Positions 48,569 to 56,900 of a stretch of 64,000 nt of DNA are shown one piece after another. The stretch's first letter is position 1; each line of letters starts with the position of its first letter. The notes beneath the pieces were generated by a model, which saw only the letters and a program-made list of their open reading frames with translations, was not told where the DNA came from and did no database searches. Made by a program: the position numbers and the translations under genes. This DNA is from an uncultured Candidatus Sumerlaeota bacterium (lineage in GTDB: Bacteria; Sumerlaeota; Sumerlaeia; SLMS01): assembly GCA_964346275.1 (NCBI GenBank), contig CAYFUR010000001.1, positions 11,793-75,792 of the forward strand, given 5' to 3'.

Positions 48569-50836
48569 ATGAAAGCCGAGCAAGCGACAAAGGCCGTTTT
48601 CTCATCTCTCTGTGTCATGGTCTTCCTGGGCCTTGCGGCACTTGCCGCAGCCCAGCAGGGAGTCTGGCGCGTGGAAGTCCTCTCCGGGATGAGTGAGCAG
48701 GAGGCGGAAGCCCGAGTCCAAAGCCTCGCGGGAATCGAAGACGTTCAGATTCTTCCCTACCAGGGTGACTATGGAATCTTCATCGGCGAATATGCGACGG
48801 AGGCAGAAGCCCGCGAGGCCGCACGGCAATTAACGGAGAATGAGGGGGTCATTCCCCAGGGGCAGGCCTTCTTTCCAGGTGAATCACTGGCTTCCCAGGA
48901 TGATACAGAGCCAACGGGCGCAGAGGATGGCCGATACCGCGTTCTTGTCGATTCCTTTACAACACAGAGCGCCGCCCAGAGCCGGAGAACAGAATTGGAA
49001 CGGCAGGGGGTCTTCCCTGTTGATATCCTCCAGCGCGGAGACTTTTTCCAGGTCTTCGCTGGCTACGAATACGCGAGTCGATCTCAGGCGGAGAATTATT
49101 ATCAAAGCCTGAGGGAAGATCCGAGCCTGAATACGGCGGGTTTCACGGGAGTGGAAGACCTGACGCAGCCGGTGCAAACTCCCGAGACGGACCCCGATCA
49201 ACTCCGTCAATACGCGAGCTGGGTCGAAGAAGCCCTCCAGCAAGGCAACCTCAATCGCGCCGAGCAGTTGCTCGATGAATGGGAAGAGGCGGAACCGGGG
49301 AACGTGATTGCCAATGAACTGCGCCAGGACCTGCAGGAGAGGCGCGCAGAACAGCAATCCGCGGAGGCTGAGGCAAGCCGCTACGAAGAAATGAAAACGG
49401 AAGCCCAGCAGGCGGAACAAGCCCGGAACTATGATGAAGCCATTCGCCTCTGGCAGGAAATTGCCCGCCTGCCGAATGTCCGCCCGGAGCAGCGCCTGGA
49501 GGCCCGTCAAAACATCGAACGGATCAATGACGTGCGATTTGAGCCCACAGGCACTCCAGTCACCACGGACGACGGCCAGGAGGGTGGCGGGGCAATGAGC
49601 CCCGGGGTATTGATTGCGGTTCTTGCTGGCGGCCTTTTGCTCGTCGCCGGCGGAGTTTTCTTTTTCCTGCGCTCGAGAGGCTCCAAGCCCGCGCCGCGCC
49701 CGGCAGCCGCGGGCACTCCGTCCGCAAGCTCCCTTGGCGGACTCGAAAGCGGCGGTGGGATGGCCTTGCCCTCGGCATCCCCGCCGACAGAAAAGGAAAA
49801 ACCGGCTCAGCAGAAAAAAGAACAAAAGAGGGCCGCCCCAACTCCGAAAAAAGAAAAACGCAAAGAGAAACCTGGGCCCACACCCGCGACCGAAGTAGAT
49901 GAGGACGACAGCGTCTCGCTGGAAATGGAAGAGGTGGAAGAAGCGCCCAGGACAGAACCGGAGTCTGCTCCCGCGGGCGCTGAGGCGCCTTCAGAGGGAG
50001 AAGGCGTGGCGTTGGAAGAATTTGAGCCCGAAACGGAAAAAGAGCCCGAGCCCGCGCCATCGGAGCCGGCAAAAGCCGAGCAGGAGCCTTCAGGCGCGCC
50101 GCGGCGTGACAGCACCGATCAAAAGCGTATTCCGATTATGCGGGAGGGTTCGGAGTCCGAAGAAACGGCAGCGGAGAAGGAAGCTCCAGCCGCAACTCAG
50201 CAGCAACCAGCGCCCGGAGAGCAGAAGCCCGAGCCCAAACAGCAAGTCCTTTCCCGTCCTGGCCACGTTGTCTTTTACGAGCAGAATTTCAACGAAGAGA
50301 ACGCCGGCGAGATGCCCAAGAACTGGAAGGGGTCCTACGACTATGCCTCCCTTTCGATCGTGGATCGGGAGGATGAAGTCGGCGGCCGATGCATGAAGTT
50401 CGATAAGGAAAAGGGCACCGGCAGCGCCTATTATTCCTGCCGTTTCCCTGATGCATCCGGAAGAATCGCCATCGAGTTCGATCTTCGCTGTGACCACAAA
50501 AACAAGTATCTTCTCGGCTTCTATATCGAGAAAGACGAGGACTTCCGACAGTCCGTCCATACCGTCGTTCATCGGGACATTTCCAAAGCCGACAAGGTGA
50601 CTCTGCGCGTCCAGAATGAGCCAACAGCTTACGAATTGGGCAAGTGGGTCCATATCCGCATGCTGATCGATTTGCCGCGAAATATGATCGATGGCCACGT
50701 CAACGGAGAGGCAGTGGCTATGGGCGTACGCCTGGCCTCGCGCCCCAAGGTCCTCAACACGCTCTCGATTCGAGACAACCTCGCCACCGAAGGAACGCTC
50801 CTCATCGATAATATCCGGATTTATCAGGATCGCTGA
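48569..50836 (+). CDS. Bitopic protein: signal peptide, 2 SPOR-like domains, TPR-like helices, TM, Pro/Glu-rich linker, C-terminal concanavalin A/LamG-like jelly roll
   Basis: WRVEVLSGMSEQEAEA...YGIFIGEYATEAEAREA and YRVLVDSFTTQSAAQ...FQVFAGYEYASRSQA (SPOR-like). TM GVLIAVLAGGLLLVAGGVFFFL followed by RSR. C-terminal FYEQNF...IEFD...GKWVHI...GHVNG...IDNIRI. Confidence 0.75.
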   Translation: MKAEQATKAVFSSLCVMVFLGLAALAAAQQGVWRVEVLSGMSEQEAEARVQSLAGIEDVQILPYQGDYGIFIGEYATEAEAREAARQLTENEGVIPQGQAFFPGESLASQDDTEPTGAEDGRYRVLVDSFTTQSAAQSRRTELERQGVFPVDILQRGDFFQVFAGYEYASRSQAENYYQSLREDPSLNTAGFTGVEDLTQPVQTPETDPDQLRQYASWVEEALQQGNLNRAEQLLDEWEEAEPGNVIANELRQDLQERRAEQQSAEAEASRYEEMKTEAQQAEQARNYDEAIRLWQEIARLPNVRPEQRLEARQNIERINDVRFEPTGTPVTTDDGQEGGGAMSPGVLIAVLAGGLLLVAGGVFFFLRSRGSKPAPRPAAAGTPSASSLGGLESGGGMALPSASPPTEKEKPAQQKKEQKRAAPTPKKEKRKEKPGPTPATEVDEDDSVSLEMEEVEEAPRTEPESAPAGAEAPSEGEGVALEEFEPETEKEPEPAPSEPAKAEQEPSGAPRRDSTDQKRIPIMREGSESEETAAEKEAPAATQQQPAPGEQKPEPKQQVLSRPGHVVFYEQNFNEENAGEMPKNWKGSYDYASLSIVDREDEVGGRCMKFDKEKGTGSAYYSCRFPDASGRIAIEFDLRCDHKNKYLLGFYIEKDEDFRQSVHTVVHRDISKADKVTLRVQNEPTAYELGKWVHIRMLIDLPRNMIDGHVNGEAVAMGVRLASRPKVLNTLSIRDNLATEGTLLIDNIRIYQDR

Positions 50837-50870
50837 TCGAGGAATTCAGGGGCGGAGAGCCACGTAATTG

Positions 50871-50899
50871 TAGACAACAGAGCCGCCCCTTTCGATACT
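50871..50899 (+). promoter_or_regulatory. Possible sigma70 promoter of the giant TPR gene
   Basis: TAGACA, 17-bp spacer, GATACT. Confidence 0.3.
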
Positions 50900-50991
50900 A
50901 CTCTCAGTAGGCGAGGCATTCTTTTTGGACTCGCTTCCCTCATTGTATTGAATTCGATTTTTCTCGGGCAAATGATGGCCCTGGATGATTT

Positions 50992-53900
50992 ATGGGCAAT
51001 GCCTTTCAAGACCTGACAAGCTGGGTGAACGATTCGCTCAAGGCGCAGTCGCTGCTCCAATACCTCATTGGGTCGGATGACGACATCTCAACCTTCGGCG
51101 AAGGCCTGCGCACTTACTGCCCCCTCCACTCCCGGTCCGGCTTCAAATCCCTCCAGGTTGATCCGGCGGAAAACCGCGCGGAGTGCATCCTTCGCCAGTG
51201 TCCGGCCCACGATTCCGTTTCTCTCGTCGAACTCTTTGCCCAGGCGCGGTCTGTGTCCGATCTGGAGGCCGCCCTGGCTATTACACGCATGCAGGACCTG
51301 GATCCCCCGCCCCATCTTCTTGATGGCGTCGCGGAAGAAATGACTTCCAAAGCCCACGATTCCTGGGCAAAGGAAGATCTTCCGGAGTCCCGCCAGCTTA
51401 TACGCGTCGCTCTGATGGCTTCACCGGAATGGCCCGGCGCCCTCGTGCTTCGCGGCAAGCTGGAAGAAGAAGATCAGGACACCCAAAGTGCCGCGGCGAG
51501 TTATCACTCTGCCGCGCAATCCTGCATCGAGAAGAACCTTTTACCCCAGGCGCGGAATATCGTGGAAAAAGACCTTCTTCGCCTGTGTCCCGATGATCCC
51601 GCCGGTCTGGAATTACTGGGGGTCGTCCAACGCCGGGAAGACCCGGAAGGCGGCCAGTCCAGTGCGACGTATCGCAAGCTGGCCCAGATCTACACAGAAA
51701 ATGCAGAAAGCGGCAAAGCCCTCGAAGCGCTTGAGAAAGCAGCTGCCAGTCAGAACGATTCCCCGGAAATACAGCAGGAACTGGCCGACGCACTGACGGA
51801 GGCAGGCCGCAAAGATGAGGCGGAACAGCATTACCGCGCCGCTGCCCACCTCTGGCAAGAGGCGGACAGGCCTCGCAAAGCGCTCCGGTGTCTTTCTCCT
51901 CTCATCCGCGCTCATCCTGCCGACCTGGAGTTGAGAGTCACTTCCGCGCGGCTGAGAGAGACCGTCTCAGACAAAGAAGGGGCAGTTCGGGACCTGGAAG
52001 CCCTGGCTCGAGACGCCATCGCCCGTGAAGATGACGAAACGGCGCAGGATTATCTGAACCGGCTTTTAAATCTGGCGCCCAATCATCTGTATGGGCGGGA
52101 GGCAAGCGCCGAGCTTTGTGGCCGCCAGGCCCGCGTCCAGGCGCAGGTCGACCACTTGTTCGCCGCGATCGAAGCCTTGCTGGAACTGGAACTCTTCGAT
52201 CGCATTCTCGAAATTCTGGAAAAGATCTCGGCCCTGGCCCCCAAGACACTCGAGCAGTCGGAGCGCCTTGGCCATCATTTGGAGAACCTGGGCCGGAATC
52301 CAGAAGCCGCAAACCAATACCTCGCCGTCGCCGAAGGCGAAATAGCCGGTGGACAAGAAGAGAAGGCTCTCGAATTCGCGAAACGAGCCGTGGAGTTGGA
52401 TCCCCTTGATCAGGATCTTGTGCGGCGTTGCGCTGCCCTCCTGTCCGGTGCGGGCCTCCAGGAGCAGTCGTTCTTCCTCATGGAGAGACATACACGCGCG
52501 CTCTTTGAATTTGGCGAAACGGACGGAGCGGAGCGAATGCTTCGCGGCATCACCTCGCAATTTGGTGAACGCGGTGAACTCTCAGACATTCGAATCGCGA
52601 TTCTTCTCGAACAGAGGGATGAAGAAGGCGCTGTTCCGCTGCTGAAGAAAAAACTCGAAGAATCCAATGTGCCAGACGAGACACTCCGCGAACAACTCTT
52701 CCAGGCTGTCGACTTCTTCCCGGAGAATAGAAAGCTCGCCGATGCGTTTCTCGCAGCCGCGCCGGATCTCCCCCAGGGAGAGGCACTCTGTGACCGGCTT
52801 CTGGCCGTCGGGCGTCTAGACGCCCATCCCGTTTCTTTTTGCCTGGACGCCATCGGCCGCGCAATGCACATCCGCTCAGAGGATCCAGAGATCGTCTATA
52901 CAAAGGGCAGTCTTCTGAACGAAAGCAGCAATCCGGCGGAAGCCATCCCGGCTTTCAAGCAGGCGGCTTTTCTCTTTTGGAGAAACGGTGATCCGAAGCG
53001 GGCTGGCGAGGCCGTGGAGGAAGCGCAAAAGGCTGGCGCGAAAGACAAGGAACTGCGGGAGATTCGGGGGTTGATTGCGCTGAAGGCCGGCCGGACAGAA
53101 GAGGGGCGCCAACTGCTCGTTCAATCCATCGAGGACATGATGGAACAAAACCGCCACGGGGAGGTCGCTGAGACCATTGAACGGAGCCGCCGGGAGGTCC
53201 ACTTCGATTCCGAGTATCTTCAGAGGGTGGGGGAGTGGCTTCTCAAACACGAGGAAAAGCAGTCGGCGCTGAATGTCTATATGGCAATCGCCCAGTCGGC
53301 CTGTGATGAAGGCGACTGGGAGGAGGCGGTCGAGAAGCTCGATCATTGCCTGTCGCTGGATTCGGATTCGATCGAAGCGCGCAGGCTGAGGGGGGACGCC
53401 TATCTCTTTCTCGGCGAGGAAGAAAGTGCTGCTCGAGACCTGTCCCATGCCGCATCCGTTTCCCTCGGGGCGGGAAGAAAAGAAGAAGCGGTTTCATGCT
53501 TTGAGATTCTCGAAGCCCATGGGCGGATCGATCCCGAGCAGCGCCTGGAGCTTGCCAGTGCCTATCGGGACCTCAGCCGGATCGATGATGCGAAACGCGT
53601 CCTTAAAGACGCCTTGGAGGAAGCGGCGCCGGAATCGGCCGGAGCCTCCATCGAGCCGATCATTCGCCCGCTTCTCGAACTGGCGAGAGACGACCCCGGG
53701 TTGGTTCACTTTGCTGCGAAAAGGGCTGAGGCGCTGGGAGAATCTGCGCTTGCAGTGGAGGCCTGGAGTATCAAGGCGGATCGTGAACTCCAGGTCGGAA
53801 ACCACGCAGCGTGTATAGAAGCGCTTCGCGAGGCCTGCCGTCTTGCTCCCGAAGAGATAGAGTGCCGAAAGAAACTGATTCGGGAACTGGCAGCCCAATC

Positions 53901-56900
53901 CAATTGGATCGAACTTCGAGAGGCGCTGCAAGGGGACCTGGATTCCAGGCCAGTGGAAGAAGCGGCTGGAATCTATGATGCCTTGGACGAGGAAAGCAAG
54001 AAACGGCCTGAGATCCTGGAAATCCTTGGCGAACTGGAAAACCTCCGCGGAAATTCAAGCCGTGCTATCGAGATTTGGGAGAGCGCCCTTCGGTTTTCGC
54101 AGGATGAGGAAGAGGAAGAAAGGCCCGCCGATCTTTCTTTGCTCCGCCGGCTTGCCGCTGCGGCAGGGAATGACATAACGCATCAGAAAAGATATCTCGA
54201 TGCCCTCGAAAAAGAGGAGGATCGAGAAGCCTGGATTGAACAGGCCTTGCTGGTGCTCAAATTGTATTTCGACAAAGGGCAGAACGAAGAGGGAGAGCGG
54301 CTGGCGGAAAAGATCCAATCCGCGCTTGGCCGTGGATGGTCTCAAATGAAAAGATTGGCAATGGCGCTCTCCGGGTCTGGACGGCCGAAACACGCCGCGG
54401 GCCTCGCCAGTAAGGCGCTTGATCAGGAAGGCATTTCCACGGAAGACACGATCGAAGCCTGCGAATTTCAGATCGCGCAGGGAGCCGCCTCCGAGGTTGT
54501 TTACCGGCGTTTGTCCCAGGCTCAGGAGAATGCTGGGAATCTGGAAGCTGCCGCGGAAGCGATGCTTCGTGCTATAGAGTATCTGTATAGACAAGGCGAC
54601 TCTGCTGAAGCCGTTGCCCTGAGCAGGGAAGGTTTCGAGAAATATCCCTCAAGCCGCGAGATGGAAAAAGTCCTCTTCGATGGCCTTTTGCTGGAAGGTG
54701 ATCTGGAGGCAGCCTCATTCCGCGCGGATTCACTTTGCGAAGCACATTGCGAGGAAGAAAAGTGGGAAGACGCAGAGTCAATCGCTTGCCTGATGGCCGA
54801 GGCGAGCCCAGCAAATCTGAAAGATCGGCGCCGCCTCGCCGACATTCAGAGGAAAGCCGGAAAAACCAATGACGCCGTGTCCGGTTTGCTGGAATTCGCT
54901 GATCTAACCTCGGACAAAGAGGAGGAAGATAGCCGGGAAGCTCTCGAACTGGCGTGCGAATACGCTCCCGAAAGCGGACCTGCTCACGAGTCCCTGGCCC
55001 AGCTTCTGGAAAGGGCGGGCGAACGGGGCAGGGCGTTGCAGCATTACCGCAAGGCTTTCGACTGTCTCGGAGATGAACATGAGGAAGAAAAAACCGAGAG
55101 CTTGCTCAAATCCATCTTGAATCTCGATCCGGAAGACACGGAATCAAGAGAGCGATTGGCTCGTCATTACTTGGATAAGAAGAAAAAAATTCGTGCTCTG
55201 GAGCAGTTCCAGATACTCGCGAGAGCGTTCGAGGAAAAGGAGGAACCGGCCGCCAGGCGCACTGATCTTTACGAAGAGATCCTTCGAATCGATCATGAGG
55301 ATCTCGAAAATCGCAAGAAACTCGCTATCCTCCTCAGCGAATCGAATGATGCCCCCCGTGCCATTCCTCACTGGGTCGAGGTGGTGGAGCTTCGCCTGGA
55401 GAAGGAGGAGGATCCCTCGCAGGCGCTGGCTGAAACAGTCGAGGCTCTTTCCCACTTTCCAGAAAGCCCGGAACTGCGGACCCTGAAAGCCGATCAGCAC
55501 TTTAACTACCACGAATATGAAGAATACATTCAAGAAATCACAGGGCTGATTCACGACCAGCTTGGCAAGGCGGGAAGCGAGGAAGCTTTTGAGCTACTGC
55601 GCCACAGCTGCTCTCAGCTCATCAGGGAAAAACGCTTTGAGGAAACGTGGTCTCTTCTCGGCGAGTTCCCCCAGTTGTTAAAGGATTTTCCTGACCTGGA
55701 ACGTTTTACGGCCCTGGCGCTGGAAGGCTGCGGCAAGGAGGCGGAGGCTGCCGTCTCATGGCTGGTTCTGGCCGATTTCCATCTGGAGAAGAATCGCCCC
55801 GAGGAAGAAATTACGGCACTGCGCCGCTCCGTTGCCCTGAAACCCCGAGACGCCTCCTTGCGGCGCCGGCTGATCGAAGCCCTCGAACGCCAGGAAGAAA
55901 GCCCTGGAGAAGCGCTTCTGGGAGAATATCGCGAGCTTGCCGAACTCCTTGAAAGCTCCGAACCATCGGAGGCGATCAGTCTTTACCAAGAGATTCTGGA
56001 GAGAGACGATCAGAACGCGGATGTTTTGGGCCGGACTGGCCGTCTTCTTGATCAGGAAGGGCGTATAGACGAGGCCGCGGATTACTATCTGCGTCTTGGC
56101 AGAGTTTGCGAAGAATCAGGACATCTGGAAACCGCGGAACGGACCTATCGCCAGGTTTTTGAAAAAGCTCCCGATGATCTCGAGGTGTCCCGTTCCCTTC
56201 TGGAAATCTATGAAAAGTCGCAAAAGCGCGAAGATTATCTGGCATTGGCCCCTCGTGTAGCCCGGCTTCTGGATGAGCAGGGCGACAAGCGGGAAGCGCT
56301 TGAAATCTGGAAACAGATTGCCTGGAGAGAAGATCAAAATCGGGAGGCGCGCCAGCATATCGCCAATCTCTATCAGGAACTTGGGAAAATCAGCGAGGCC
56401 TGCGCGGCGCTGCGGGAATACGTGCGCATCGCCTCCGATGAAGGGGCGAATGACGAGGCTTTCAAGGCCTTGGACCAATTGGAGGATCTCTGCGCGGAAA
56501 ATGCCGAAGGCCTGGTCGAAACCGCCCGGCATCACGAGGAGCGCGACTCTCTGGTCCGGGCCGCGGCATGCCGAATAAAGGCTGCCCGCCTTTACAGCCA
56601 GGAAGGAGAAAAGGCCAGTGCTCTGCGAGAAGCCGCCCTGGCGCAGGAACTTGATTCCTGGTCAGCGGACCTTCTTCAAGAGGCTGCCGGGATATACGGG
56701 CTTCTTGATGAACACGAGTCCGCGGCGCAGGCCTGGTTTGCTGCCGCCGAGCGATACAAAGAGGCTGGAGAAACTCAGGATGAAGCGAATGCCCTGGCAG
56801 AGGGCCTGGAATTCGCGCTGCTTCCCGATAAGCTGCATCGCCGCGCCGAGTTGCTGGAACTGGATGAACAGCACTCGGAGGCAGCGAGCCTCTATGCGCA

